Origin: Ruminococcus sp. Phil15
GTDB taxonomy: Bacteria > Bacillota > Clostridia > Oscillospirales > Ruminococcaceae
Assembly: GCA_001940995.1 (NCBI GenBank)
Contig: MSHC01000001.1
Coordinates: 61,028-125,027 of the forward strand
Direction: 5' to 3'
DNA length: 64,000 nt
In this document: piece by piece, positions 24,194 through 34,473 of the stretch
How the letters are laid out: every line of letters begins with the position of its first letter
Numbering within the stretch: the stretch's first letter is position 1
Notes under the pieces: generated by a model
Told to the model about the DNA's origin: nothing
Databases searched by the model: none
Seen by the model: only the letters and a program-made list of their open reading frames with translations
Program-made: the position numbers and the translations under genes

Positions 24194-26476
24194 TTGAATA
24201 TGAACAGACAAGGCGAACTTTTGTGGTATAAAAACGAGGCGCAGGACTGGAACGAAGCTCTGCCCGTCGGCAACGGCAGGTTAGGTGCGATGGTGTTCGG
24301 CAGACCGCTTTACGAGGAGATCCAGCTTAACGAGGATTCAGTCTGGTCGGGCGGCAAAAGAGAACGCAACAATGCGTCGGCGCTTGAAAATCTTCCGAGG
24401 GTAAGAGAGCTTCTGCTCGATGAGAAAATTTCCGAGGCGCAGGATATAGTGTGCGAGTGCTTTTGCGGCACTCCCGTAAATCAGCGCCACTACCAGACTT
24501 TAGGTTCGCTCTTTATCGGCATAGACGGCGATGCGGATAAGATAACTGACTACGAAAGAAACCTCGATATCTCGCAGGCTGTCGCAAAGACCGTGTTCAC
24601 TCTGGACGGCAACTGGATAGAGCGCACAGTGATCGCCACAAATCCCGACAACCTCATTCTCGTGAATATAAAGTCGCATAAGCCTATAAGCATAAATATC
24701 TCAATCAACGGCAGAGATGACTACTTCGACTCCAACACCCCCGTGTCTGATAACGAAATACATTACTGCGGCGGTATGGGCGGCAAGAACGGAATAGACT
24801 TTTTTTCAAGCATTAAGGTCTGTGCAGACGGAAAATGCAAAAGAAGCGGCTCGCTGCTAAGAGCGTATGATATAACGGAGGCGACAATAGCAGTTTCCTG
24901 CCGTACAAGTTATTATCATAAGGATAATTTTGAGAGCATTGCAATTGCCGATACCCAAAAGATAGCCGGCATAGCGTTTTCAGAGCTTCTGAGCAGGCAT
25001 ATCGCAGACTACAAAAGCTACTATGGCAGATGCTCGCTCAATTTGTGCGACAACAGCAGCGGCGCAAGCGACCTTGCGACAGACGAGCGGCTTTCAAATA
25101 TCAAGGGAAATAACGACAATAAGCTTTTTGAGCTTTACTTTAACTTCGGCAGATACCTGATGATTTCGGGCAGCCGTGAGGGTACGCTCCCCACAAATCT
25201 CCAGGGTATCTGGAACAAGGATATGTGGCCTGCGTGGGGCTGTAAGTTTACGATAAATATAAATACGCAAATGAACTACTGGTGTGCCGAAAACTGTGCA
25301 TTAGGCGATCTGCATACGCCGCTCTTTGACCTTATCGAAAAGATGCGTCCAAGCGGCAGGGCAACTGCAAGGGAAATGTATAACTGCGGAGGCTTTATGT
25401 GCCACCACAATACCGATTTGTGGGGGGATACAGCGCCGCAGGATCTGTGGATACCGGGCACTCAGTGGCCTATGGGTGCGGCTTGGCTATGCCTGCATAT
25501 ATGGGAGCATTACTTGTATACCTTGGATAAGGACTTTCTAAAAGAGAAGTACGAAACGATGAAGGAAGCCTCCGAGTTTTTCGTGGACTTTCTTATAGAG
25601 GATAAAAAGGGCAGACTTGTTACCTGCCCGTCCGTGTCGCCCGAAAACACCTACCTCACCGAAAGCGGCACACAGGGAAGCGTCTGCGCAGGCCCGTCAA
25701 TGGATACGCAGATTATCACGGATCTCTTTAACGCAGTGATCTCGTCAGGCAGGATTTTAGGCATAGATGAGGAGTACGGTGAAAAGCTCTCTGGAATGCT
25801 TGAAAGACTGCCAAAGCCTGAAATAGGAAAGTACGGCCAGATCAAGGAGTGGGCGGAGGACTATGATGAGGTAGAACCCGGCCACAGGCATATCTCACAG
25901 CTTTTCGCACTCTATCCGTCAGCACAGATTACACGCAGAAAAACCCCGGAGCTTAGTAAAGCCGCAAGAGCCACGATAGAGCGAAGACTCAGTCACGGCG
26001 GCGGGCATACGGGCTGGAGCAGAGCGTGGATTATAAATATGTGGGCAAGACTCGGCGACGGCGAGCAGGTATTTGAGAACATCAAGGCGCTGCTCTCGAT
26101 GTCCACCAACAAGAATATGTTCGACAACCATCCGCCTTTTCAGATAGACGGAAACTTTGGAGGAACGGCAGGAATTGCCGAGGCTTTAATGCAAAGCCAT
26201 GACGGCGGGATATGCTTTATCCCTGCGCTCCCCAAGGAGTGGGAAAGCGGAAAATTCGAGCATTTCAAGGCAAGAGGCGGCTATGACCTGTCGCTTGAAT
26301 GGGAAAACTGCAAGCCAAAGGCGGCTATAATAATCCCGTCAAAGCAGGGCGTTTGCCGTGTCATGTCAGAAAATGTCAGAGTTTTTGCGTCAGATACAGA
26401 AATAGAAACAGAAAGAAACGGCGATATCACGTCGTTTGAAGCAAAGGCAGACACAGTATATAAGCTATTATTTTAA
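24194..26476 (+). CDS. GH95 family glycoside hydrolase (alpha-L-fucosidase-like)
   Basis: LLWYKNEAQDWNEALPVGNGRLGAMVFG is the typical GH95 N-terminal signature. The start is TTG at 24194 or ATG at 24200. Confidence 0.8.
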   Translation: MNMNRQGELLWYKNEAQDWNEALPVGNGRLGAMVFGRPLYEEIQLNEDSVWSGGKRERNNASALENLPRVRELLLDEKISEAQDIVCECFCGTPVNQRHYQTLGSLFIGIDGDADKITDYERNLDISQAVAKTVFTLDGNWIERTVIATNPDNLILVNIKSHKPISINISINGRDDYFDSNTPVSDNEIHYCGGMGGKNGIDFFSSIKVCADGKCKRSGSLLRAYDITEATIAVSCRTSYYHKDNFESIAIADTQKIAGIAFSELLSRHIADYKSYYGRCSLNLCDNSSGASDLATDERLSNIKGNNDNKLFELYFNFGRYLMISGSREGTLPTNLQGIWNKDMWPAWGCKFTININTQMNYWCAENCALGDLHTPLFDLIEKMRPSGRATAREMYNCGGFMCHHNTDLWGDTAPQDLWIPGTQWPMGAAWLCLHIWEHYLYTLDKDFLKEKYETMKEASEFFVDFLIEDKKGRLVTCPSVSPENTYLTESGTQGSVCAGPSMDTQIITDLFNAVISSGRILGIDEEYGEKLSGMLERLPKPEIGKYGQIKEWAEDYDEVEPGHRHISQLFALYPSAQITRRKTPELSKAARATIERRLSHGGGHTGWSRAWIINMWARLGDGEQVFENIKALLSMSTNKNMFDNHPPFQIDGNFGGTAGIAEALMQSHDGGICFIPALPKEWESGKFEHFKARGGYDLSLEWENCKPKAAIIIPSKQGVCRVMSENVRVFASDTEIETERNGDITSFEAKADTVYKLLF

Positions 26477-26506
26477 GGAGAAGCGGTTTTTAACCGCAAG
26501 AAAATT

Positions 26507-28267
26507 ATGAAACGAGCATTATCATTTTTTCTTGCCCTGACGGTTGCCGTTACAGGACTCTGCTCCTGCGGCAATTCTTCGGACAGCACAGAAAGCACGA
26601 TGGGCGATATGGCAGGCTCATCTGATGAAACAACCACAACAACTACTGCCTCAACATCGTCGCAGAGTACTGCTGACGAAAGCACAACTACCACAACTGC
26701 GTCGGCTGTTGACCCCGAGCCTGAAATTACAACGTCAGAGGACGCAGAGATTACGCCGTCAGTTCCGACATTTACCGAGTTTGAAAAGATTGTCGAAGCG
26801 CAAAGCGGAACATACGGCGAAAACGTCAAGGAAGCGTCTAAGCGTGAGGGAGCAAGCGAAAAAAGCTATATGAACGGCTTCTCCGCCGACGAAAAAGGCA
26901 GATGGGAAACCAAAATTTCTCTCCCGTCTTCGCAGTATTATAACGTCGTGATCGTCATTGCTTCCGATAAAGGCAAAGCAGTTACAAACAGCGTCGTTAT
27001 CGACGGCGAGGAGTACGGCGATGTGGAAACAGATAAGAGCGGTAAATTCCAGGCGGTAGGCTTTGACAATATATGGCTTGAGGAGGGCGAGCATACCTTT
27101 TCGCTGGGCGTCAAGGACGGCGGAATCGACTTTGACTATATGGTAGTGTCGGCAAGCGATACGGTCGAAAAGATTGACCTTACCTATGAAAAACAGCCGA
27201 CCCTAGTGAATAAGAACGCAAACTATAAAACAAAGGCTGTGTATTCATACCTCACAAGCGTCTACGGCAAAAATATCCTGAGCGGTCAGTATGTCACAAT
27301 CGGTACGACAGCAGAAACAGATGCGGTATACGAGGTGACGGGACATTACCCCGCAATAAGACTCGGCGATATGATAGCATATACATCTGAAAGCACCTTT
27401 GCAGACGATATAAGATATGCAAAGGAATGGTCTGATAACGGCGGAATCGTAAGCTATATATGGCATTGGGCAGACCCGCTCGGAAAGGAAGCATATTACT
27501 CGAAGGACACCGATTTTGATCTCTCTAAGGCGGTCGTAAGCTTTACAGTATCACAAAGCTCGTATGAGGAGCTTCAGAAAATGTACGAGGAGGGCAAAAT
27601 TTCGGGCGAGTGCCTCGCAATAATAAGAGATATAGATATTATCTCGGAACAGTTCCTTACCCTGCAGGAGCAGGGCGTTACGATTTTGTGGCGGCCTCTC
27701 CATGAAGCAGGCGGCGGCTGGTTCTGGTGGGGCAGGGACGCAGAGTCGTATAAATGGCTGTGGAAACTTCTCTACAACAGAATGACAAACTATCACGGAC
27801 TCAATAACCTCATCTGGGTGTGGAACGGACAAAATCCCGATTGGTATGTCGGCGATGCGTACTGCGATATGATTTCCGCAGATATCTATGACGAAGCAGG
27901 CTCAAGTCAGCTTTCAGCATTTCTCTCGCTGCGCAGGATCAATGCCAATAAGCCGCTAGCTCTCAGCGAGTGCGGCAGAGCGCCCGATGTCCAGTCGCTT
28001 GCAAACGAAAAGACAATGTGGAGCTGGTTCGGAATCTGGAGCGGCGCGTATGTAATAGACAGCTACGGAGAGTATTCCGAGGAGTTTATCACAAAGGACG
28101 AAATGATAAGGCTGTATTCAAACAATATCGTTATCTCCCGTGAGGAGCTGCCCGATTTTGATGCTATGGCAGAGGATTTGGAGGAGCAGAGCAAGCTTTT
28201 GCCCGAAACCCAAAAGCCGGAGCAAACAGGCGAAGTGAATAGCGATAATTCAGTAAAAGCTGAATAA
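26507..28267 (+). CDS. lipoprotein GH26 endo-beta-1,4-mannanase with N-terminal CBM-like module
   Basis: Lipobox GLCSC and a Thr/Ser linker. GH26 signature ILWRPLHEAGGGWFWWG. Confidence 0.8.
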   Translation: MKRALSFFLALTVAVTGLCSCGNSSDSTESTMGDMAGSSDETTTTTTASTSSQSTADESTTTTTASAVDPEPEITTSEDAEITPSVPTFTEFEKIVEAQSGTYGENVKEASKREGASEKSYMNGFSADEKGRWETKISLPSSQYYNVVIVIASDKGKAVTNSVVIDGEEYGDVETDKSGKFQAVGFDNIWLEEGEHTFSLGVKDGGIDFDYMVVSASDTVEKIDLTYEKQPTLVNKNANYKTKAVYSYLTSVYGKNILSGQYVTIGTTAETDAVYEVTGHYPAIRLGDMIAYTSESTFADDIRYAKEWSDNGGIVSYIWHWADPLGKEAYYSKDTDFDLSKAVVSFTVSQSSYEELQKMYEEGKISGECLAIIRDIDIISEQFLTLQEQGVTILWRPLHEAGGGWFWWGRDAESYKWLWKLLYNRMTNYHGLNNLIWVWNGQNPDWYVGDAYCDMISADIYDEAGSSQLSAFLSLRRINANKPLALSECGRAPDVQSLANEKTMWSWFGIWSGAYVIDSYGEYSEEFITKDEMIRLYSNNIVISREELPDFDAMAEDLEEQSKLLPETQKPEQTGEVNSDNSVKAE

Positions 28268-28291
28268 CATCAGCATTTAAGCTGCATAATA
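28261..28291 (+). promoter_or_regulatory. sigma-G-like forespore promoter upstream of spoVAC
   Basis: TGAATA-18 nt-CATAATA matches the Bacillus sigma-G pattern (GHATR-18 nt-CATNNTA). It ends about 30 nt before the start codon. Confidence 0.45.
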
Positions 28292-28323
28292 TCTCTGAAG
28301 AATATTTTTCTGGAGGGAATATT

Positions 28324-28761
28324 ATGCAGCTTAGTAAATCTCAGTATACTCAAATGTATAAGGAAGCAAGCGAGAATACAAAATCCTACCTCACGATACC
28401 GAAAGCCTTTGTAATAGGCGGCATTATCTGTGCGCTGGGTGAGTTTTTCCTTACAACCTATGAAAATCTCGGACTCACAAAGGAGCAGTATTCGCTCCTT
28501 ACCTCCGTAACGCTCATTTTCCTGTCCGCACTTCTTACAGGACTCGGCATCTACGGAAAAATTGCCAAGCACGCAGGCGCAGGTACTCTTGTTCCCATAA
28601 CAGGCTTTGCAAACTCTGTCGTAGCGCCTGCGGTAGAGTTTAAGGCGGAGGGATTTATTTTGGGACTCGGTGCGAAGATCTTTATAATATCGGGGCCAGT
28701 AATTCTCTACGGTACGCTCGCCTCCGCAATATACGGCGTGATTTATTACCTCATAAAATAA
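28324..28761 (+). CDS. spoVAC: stage V sporulation protein AC
   Basis: 145-aa membrane protein with GAGTLVPITGFANSVVAPAVEFKAEGFILGLGAKIFIISGPVILYG, typical of SpoVAC. Confidence 0.8.
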   Translation: MQLSKSQYTQMYKEASENTKSYLTIPKAFVIGGIICALGEFFLTTYENLGLTKEQYSLLTSVTLIFLSALLTGLGIYGKIAKHAGAGTLVPITGFANSVVAPAVEFKAEGFILGLGAKIFIISGPVILYGTLASAIYGVIYYLIK

Positions 28762-28782
28762 CATTTTAAGGAGTAAAACATA

Positions 28783-29262
28783 ATGCTGACAGAAATTTTA
28801 TCAAGAGAAGAATGTGCGAGATGCAGAATATGCTGCTGCTTCGACAGCTACGATATATGGGAAGCTCCCGTTATCTCAGACGAGCTTTCAAGGAAAATCC
28901 TGCATGACATAAACCCAAAGCAGGAGTTTGTCCCAAAGGGAAGCAGCTATGTTATGAAAATGCAGAAGGAGCAGGACGAGGACCTCTATTATTGCAGCGT
29001 TTTAGACCACAGTAAGGGCTGCCTTTTAGGTACCGAAAAGCCGTTCGATTGCAGCATATGGCCGCTCCGTGTTATGAGATTTGAGGGGAAAAGGGTCATA
29101 GCGCTCTCTCCCGTATGCCCTGCGCTTATGAAAAAGCCTGTCGGAGACGTCGTAAACATCGCAAAAAAGCTCTCTGAAAAAATCTTTTCCGAGGCAAACA
29201 AAAATCCCGACCTCGTCAAAAATTACGAAGTCGGGTACATAATCTTAGTTATCGAAGAATAG
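28783..29262 (+). CDS. YkgJ-like cysteine-cluster (CxxCxxCC) protein
   Basis: N-terminal CARCRICCC motif. Confidence 0.5.
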   Translation: MLTEILSREECARCRICCCFDSYDIWEAPVISDELSRKILHDINPKQEFVPKGSSYVMKMQKEQDEDLYYCSVLDHSKGCLLGTEKPFDCSIWPLRVMRFEGKRVIALSPVCPALMKKPVGDVVNIAKKLSEKIFSEANKNPDLVKNYEVGYIILVIEE

Positions 29263-29746
29263 CTACCTGAGAAGCGATAGTCTTTGCAAGTGCGAGAGGC
29301 GGCTCGTCACCCGATACAACGACCTTTGAAGCGCCCTCGTAAACGGGCGTCCGTGAATTGTATCTTGCTAAAAGCTCGTCGTAGCTTGCAGTTGCGGCAA
29401 GCGGCCTGTTTTCATCGCCGCTTATTCTCTTGTAGCAAGTATCAAAATCTGTTTTTATGTATACCGTCACGCCCTGCGAATTTGCCGCAAGGGCGTTTTC
29501 TTTTCTCAAAATCGCACCGCCGCCGAGCGCTACAACATTGTTACCCTCAAAGCCCTTTATGGCTTTCGTTTCTAAGTCACGGAAGTATTTCTCTCCGCTT
29601 TCCGAGAAAATCTGAGGGATAGTCCTGCCCTCCGTCTGCTCGATAAGCTCGTCAAGGTCGTAGAATTTGTATGAGAGGAGTCTTGAAAGCTCCCTGCCTA
29701 CCGTTGTTTTTCCGCAGCCCATAAATCCGCAGAGAAATATAGTCAT
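29249..29746 (-). CDS. aroK: shikimate kinase
   Basis: Walker A GFMGCGKTTVG and a length of 165 aa. Confidence 0.85.
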   Translation of the reverse strand: MTIFLCGFMGCGKTTVGRELSRLLSYKFYDLDELIEQTEGRTIPQIFSESGEKYFRDLETKAIKGFEGNNVVALGGGAILRKENALAANSQGVTVYIKTDFDTCYKRISGDENRPLAATASYDELLARYNSRTPVYEGASKVVVSGDEPPLALAKTIASQVAILR

Positions 29747-29758
29747 ATTTTACGCTCC

Positions 29759-30616
29759 TTACTTAAATTCTGTCCTTATGCTGTCCTCAACAGCCTTGAT
29801 GATGCCGTTGACCTCGTCGTCGGTGTAAAAATCGTTGTCCCAGATTTCGTGCGCTTTTACAGCTTGATAAACGAGCATTGCCGCACCGCCGACCGCTTCC
29901 TTTCCGAGTGCGTGGAATTTCTTTACAAGCACGGTTTCGACAGGATTGTATATTACGTCAAAACAGCATTTGCAGTTTTCAATAATTTCGTCCGGTACAG
30001 GGCAGGCGTCTACCTTAGGGTACATTCCGACAGGAGATGCGTTGATGAGCAGATCGTAGCTGCCCGATATCTCGCTTGTGAGAGTAAGAATTACCTTAGC
30101 GTCAGGAAAGTGCTTTAAGATATCTCCACGCAGAGCCAATGCCTGCTCTTCTGCGTCGGGAATGTGCGCAATGGTAAGCTCAGCCCCATGTCTTGCACAT
30201 TCAATGGCAATCATTCTGCCCACGCCGCCGCAGCCGATAAGAAGCACCTTTTTGTCGAGCGGCATATTTTTTGACTTTACCGAAAGCAGAAATCCGTCAC
30301 AGTCAGTGTTGTAGCCGACTGCCTCGCCGTTTGCGTTGTTTACGCAGTTTACCGCCCCGTAAAATTCCGCCGACTCGTCGAGCCTCGTAAGATACGGGAT
30401 AATATCGCACTTGTACGGAATCGTAATGTTGTATCCGGAAAGAGAGGAAAGCGTTTCGTAGCTTTCCGAAAGCTCGTATTCGCTGCATTCTATAATGCCG
30501 TAGTCGCCCGATTTTCCCTTTGCCTCGAACAGATTTTTGTGGATAAAAGGGGAATATGTGTGCGAAAGGCTCTTTCCGAGCAGACAGTACATCGCTCTCT
30601 CGTTTGTAAATTTCAT
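29759..30616 (-). CDS. aroE: shikimate dehydrogenase
   Basis: ATG at 30616 lies 7 nt after GGGAGG. Motifs LLGKSLSHTYSP, NITIPYK and GCGGVGR. Confidence 0.85.
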   Translation of the reverse strand: MKFTNERAMYCLLGKSLSHTYSPFIHKNLFEAKGKSGDYGIIECSEYELSESYETLSSLSGYNITIPYKCDIIPYLTRLDESAEFYGAVNCVNNANGEAVGYNTDCDGFLLSVKSKNMPLDKKVLLIGCGGVGRMIAIECARHGAELTIAHIPDAEEQALALRGDILKHFPDAKVILTLTSEISGSYDLLINASPVGMYPKVDACPVPDEIIENCKCCFDVIYNPVETVLVKKFHALGKEAVGGAAMLVYQAVKAHEIWDNDFYTDDEVNGIIKAVEDSIRTEFK

Positions 30617-30820
30617 AGGTTTTCCTCCCAAAATGAATTGATAACAGAGATTTTTTTCTTTTTCCGTGTAAAATATACGGATTAAGCAATTAAGAATTAA
30701 AACATATTATTAAAAGTGACAAAAATATAAAAAGGTATTGACGAAGTGAAAAAATGTTTATATACTAAGTATTAAGAAAGAGAAACTCTTTGAAGTTTTG
30801 TAATGGGCAGGTGAAATTCA

Positions 30821-31054
30821 ATGACACTCGATACAGTAAAGAATATTATTGCAGGTCAGCTCGACATTGATGAAGATGAAATTACAATGGAAGCTTCTAT
30901 CATTGATGACCTCGGCGCAGATTCTATCGACGTTGTAGATATCCTCATCGCTTTTGAAGATGAATTCGACGTTAAGATTCCTGATGAAGAGGTTGAGCAG
31001 TTCAAGACTGTCGGTGATATCGTAAGATACATTGAAGAAAAGACAGCCGAATAA
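30821..31054 (+). CDS. acpP: acyl carrier protein
   Basis: 77 aa with the phosphopantetheine site DLGADSID. Confidence 0.9.
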   Translation: MTLDTVKNIIAGQLDIDEDEITMEASIIDDLGADSIDVVDILIAFEDEFDVKIPDEEVEQFKTVGDIVRYIEEKTAE

Positions 31055-31096
31055 CATTAGGAATGCTTGTTCGGTATAAAGACTTGATTACCACAG

Positions 31097-31135
31097 AATA
31101 TCCTTTCGGAGAACCCGAAAGGATATTTTTATTTG
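31097..31135 (+). terminator. intrinsic terminator
   Basis: 13-bp stem AATATCCTTTCGG/CCGAAAGGATATT followed by a T run. Confidence 0.7.
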
Positions 31136-31160
31136 CAAGGGTCTGCGGCGCTTTTAAGCT

Positions 31161-31766
31161 TTACGACTCGTAAGCGCGAACCCTTAAAGCAACGCCTATC
31201 TGTTCGCAGAGCGCCTTTGCCGTTTCGATATCTTCCTTTGGGATAACGTCAACAACGGTCATCATGACGTTTGGCACCTTGCTCTTGCAGGATTTTGCAA
31301 ACTCCAGCATTGCCTCAAATGCGTCGTCATAAATAGGTCTTGTAACAGCCATGTATCCGTCTTTGTAAGGAGAGTTAAGACTTATTGAAACCGTGTCGAT
31401 TCTTCCGCTAAGAAGTCCGGCACAGCCGCCTTTTTCGGGATTGAGCTTGTCTGCAAGACCGTTTGTGTTTAGCCTTGTTGGGGTCTTTGAAACGCTCTTT
31501 ATGTAGTCGCAGGCGGAAAGAAGAATATCAAACTCGTTGGTAGGCTCGCCGTATCCGCAGAATATGATTTCCTCGTAGCTGTCAAGGTCACGTCCCTTGA
31601 GATTTTCGATGACCTCCTCTGCGGTAGGCTGATGCTCGAGCCACAGACTGTCAGAACCGTATGCTCCGTCGCCGTTCTGCCTGATACAGAAGGTGCAGCT
31701 GCAGGGGCATTTGTTTGTAATATTGAGATAAAGCTTTTTTCCTATTTCGTAGCTTATCGTCATCAT
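31161..31766 (-). CDS. radical SAM protein (TatD-associated radical SAM family-like)
   Basis: CX3CX2C motif CPCSCTFC near the N-terminus. MMTISYEIGKKLYLNITNKC suggests a start at 31766 rather than 31910. Confidence 0.65.
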   Translation of the reverse strand: MMTISYEIGKKLYLNITNKCPCSCTFCIRQNGDGAYGSDSLWLEHQPTAEEVIENLKGRDLDSYEEIIFCGYGEPTNEFDILLSACDYIKSVSKTPTRLNTNGLADKLNPEKGGCAGLLSGRIDTVSISLNSPYKDGYMAVTRPIYDDAFEAMLEFAKSCKSKVPNVMMTVVDVIPKEDIETAKALCEQIGVALRVRAYES

Positions 31767-31999
31767 TTTAAAATCAACTCCGTAATATTTATTTTTTTCT
31801 ATACTATTATAATCCCTTTGGCTTAAAATTGCAAGACGTATCTTTAACTCGGCGCCGTAAAGAGATTGAGGAGCGATGTTTTGATCTGCGATTTTTCTTG
31901 ACTCTATCATAAAATTATCACATTGCAGCGGTAAAATAACAACAATGAAACAAAAGCAAACAGTTTCATGGCATTTCCCGAAAGGCAGGTAAAATCACA

Positions 32000-33355
32000 A
32001 TGGATTTTATGCAGAACGAAAATCAGAACGTACAAAATGTTAGCAGCAATCCTAACGAACAGTTACGGCAGGCAAATCCTGCCTGTGAATACAGCTTCTA
32101 CCCCGACGGCAGTAAGCCGCCGAAGAAGCGAGGCTTGCTTAAAAAAATCGCAGGCGTAACGGCAGCGCTCGTATGCGCAGTGGCAATCGGTGCAACCTCA
32201 ATTTTCGGATACACCTTAATTACAGGGAAAAATGCTTTTGAGGAGGAAAAGGACGGCTCTTCAAAAACAAATTCTTCCGTTGTAGACGCAGATGCAAACG
32301 CAGACCAAAATATGTCAGTAAACACAGCGCCGAAAAGAGAAATTCCAAGCCTATATCAGCTTGCGGCACTTGACAACGCTCTTACAGTACCGGAAATAGT
32401 AACCAAGGTTTCTCCGTCGGTAGTAGGCGTTTCCTGCGTTATGTCGGGAGGCACGGCGTCCGGAACAGGCTTTGTAATCTCTGAGGACGGATATATCGTA
32501 ACGAACTATCACGTTATAGACGGCGCAAGAGCAATCTCTGTCAGCTTTTCAACAGCAGTAGACGGCGAACAGCTTGAAGCCGAGCTTATCGGCGGCGATG
32601 AGCAGACCGATATAGCAGTCCTCAAAATCGACAAGGACGGTCTTACGCCTGTTACATTCGGCAAGTCCTCCGAGCTTATCGTAGGCGAGCTTGCCATAGC
32701 GATCGGCAATCCGCTCGGCAGTGAGCTTTCAGGTACTGTAACAGCCGGCATAATCTCAGCGCTCGGCAGAGAGCTTACTATCGAGGATAAGGAAATGACG
32801 CTTATCCAGACGGACGCTTCCATAAACAGCGGTAATTCGGGCGGCCCGCTCATCAACAGCTACGGTCAGGTTATCGGCATCACCTCTGCAAAGGTTTCAA
32901 CGATATACGGCGAGGGCCTTGGTTTTGCAATCCCTATCGACGAGGCTCTTCCTATCATCAGGGATCTAATCGAGCACGGTTACGTCAAGGGCAGACCTGT
33001 CGTAGGAATTTCAGGCGAGAATATCTCTGAAATATATGCCCAGTATTATGACATTCCTCAGGGATTTATTGTAAGAGAGCTGAGCGAGGGCGGCCCTGCC
33101 GAAAAAGCAGGCGTTAAGGTCGGCGATATAGTAATCGGTATCGAGGGAACGCTTATTGAAAGTGTGAGCGAGTTCAACGATGTCAAGAAGAATTACAAGG
33201 CAGGCGATACGATCACCATCTCGGTTTACAGAAATGAAGAGATTGTAGATATTAAGATCACACTCGCAGAGGATACGTCCGCAATAAAGCAGGACACTGA
33301 AGACCAGGAGAATTACCCTTGGAGCAATGACAATTATAACGGATTGTTTAGGTAG
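32000..33355 (+). CDS. HtrA/DegP-family serine protease with N-terminal TM anchor and C-terminal PDZ domain
   Basis: Catalytic motifs TNYHVI, DIAVLK and GNSGGPLIN, with a PDZ-like C-terminus. Confidence 0.85.
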   Translation: MDFMQNENQNVQNVSSNPNEQLRQANPACEYSFYPDGSKPPKKRGLLKKIAGVTAALVCAVAIGATSIFGYTLITGKNAFEEEKDGSSKTNSSVVDADANADQNMSVNTAPKREIPSLYQLAALDNALTVPEIVTKVSPSVVGVSCVMSGGTASGTGFVISEDGYIVTNYHVIDGARAISVSFSTAVDGEQLEAELIGGDEQTDIAVLKIDKDGLTPVTFGKSSELIVGELAIAIGNPLGSELSGTVTAGIISALGRELTIEDKEMTLIQTDASINSGNSGGPLINSYGQVIGITSAKVSTIYGEGLGFAIPIDEALPIIRDLIEHGYVKGRPVVGISGENISEIYAQYYDIPQGFIVRELSEGGPAEKAGVKVGDIVIGIEGTLIESVSEFNDVKKNYKAGDTITISVYRNEEIVDIKITLAEDTSAIKQDTEDQENYPWSNDNYNGLFR

Positions 33356-33374
33356 AGCAAGAATTTTATAATAG

Positions 33375-33415
33375 AAAATCCCTGTGCAGGTTTCTTACCT
33401 GTACAGGGATTTTGC
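33375..33415. terminator. bidirectional terminator
   Basis: 14-bp stem AATCCCTGTGCAGG/CCTGTACAGGGATT flanked by A and T runs. Confidence 0.7.
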
Positions 33416-33422
33416 ATCGTTT

Positions 33423-34463
33423 CTATTTTATGAAATCGCCCCTGGAGAAAGAGATTCTGTACCCTATGGATTTCATCTTTTCCTGAACAGATCTAACATT
33501 CTGCGCACTTTCGTCGCCGGTGCAGATTTTTCCCTCGTAGAGCATATATTTCTTTCTTACCGAAAGCGGGGAAAGGTTTGGCATAATTACGTTCGCCCCT
33601 GCAAGAACACCAAGCTCCCTGCCCTTGGGATTAATCGTGCCGAGCGCAGTAGTAGCAGGCAGAAGAACGTTTGGCAGCATTATACGAACCAGACTCAAAA
33701 GGAATATGCACAGCTCAAACGAGCCTCCGGGTTCTGCGTAAAACGGCGTGTCCCTGTGCGGAATAAACGGCCCTAAGCCTACCATCTGCGGCTTTAATTT
33801 GTAAAGATAAAGCATATCGAGCGCTAAATGCTCTGCCGTCTGATACGGAGAGCCTACCATCATTCCTGCGCCCGTCTGAAATCCCAGCGAAATGAGGTCG
33901 GAAAGGCATTGCTTTCTTACCGTAAGCGACATAAAATTCGGGTGCAGAAGCGAGTAATGCCCCTCGTCTGCCGTTTCGTGGCGAAGAAGATATCTGTCTG
34001 TGCCTGCCTCCTTGTACGCCTTGTATTCGTCATACGGCTTTTCGCCAAGCGAAAGAGTAACTGCACAGTCGGGATAGCGTGACTTTATTTCTTTTACCAG
34101 CGAGCAAACACGTTCCTTTGTGAATTGACCGTCCTCGCCGCCCTGCAATACAAAGGTGCGAAATCCTATCCCATATCCCTCATGACAGCACTCTAAAATC
34201 TCATCGTCTGTCAGCCTGTAACGCTGTGCATTCTTGTTTGAACGTCTTATTCCACAGTAAAAGCAGTCGTTTTTGCAGTAGCTTGAAACCTCGATAAGTC
34301 CACGCAGGTATATGTCCTTGCCGTAAATACCATCGCAGATTTTTCTCGCAATTTTAGCGGCATAGTCCATATCCTCTTTGGTATATGTGGACAAAAGCAA
34401 AATGAACTCGTCCTTTGTCAGTATCTGCGTCCTAAGCTTTTCTATCAGCTCTGTGTTTGTCAT
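33423..34463 (-). CDS. hydE: [FeFe]-hydrogenase H-cluster radical SAM maturase HydE
   Basis: CKNDCFYCGIR radical SAM motif and overall biotin-synthase-like HydE architecture. ATG at 34463 lies 7 nt after GAGGGG. Confidence 0.75.
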   Translation of the reverse strand: MTNTELIEKLRTQILTKDEFILLLSTYTKEDMDYAAKIARKICDGIYGKDIYLRGLIEVSSYCKNDCFYCGIRRSNKNAQRYRLTDDEILECCHEGYGIGFRTFVLQGGEDGQFTKERVCSLVKEIKSRYPDCAVTLSLGEKPYDEYKAYKEAGTDRYLLRHETADEGHYSLLHPNFMSLTVRKQCLSDLISLGFQTGAGMMVGSPYQTAEHLALDMLYLYKLKPQMVGLGPFIPHRDTPFYAEPGGSFELCIFLLSLVRIMLPNVLLPATTALGTINPKGRELGVLAGANVIMPNLSPLSVRKKYMLYEGKICTGDESAQNVRSVQEKMKSIGYRISFSRGDFIK

Positions 34464-34473
34464 AGCATACCCC

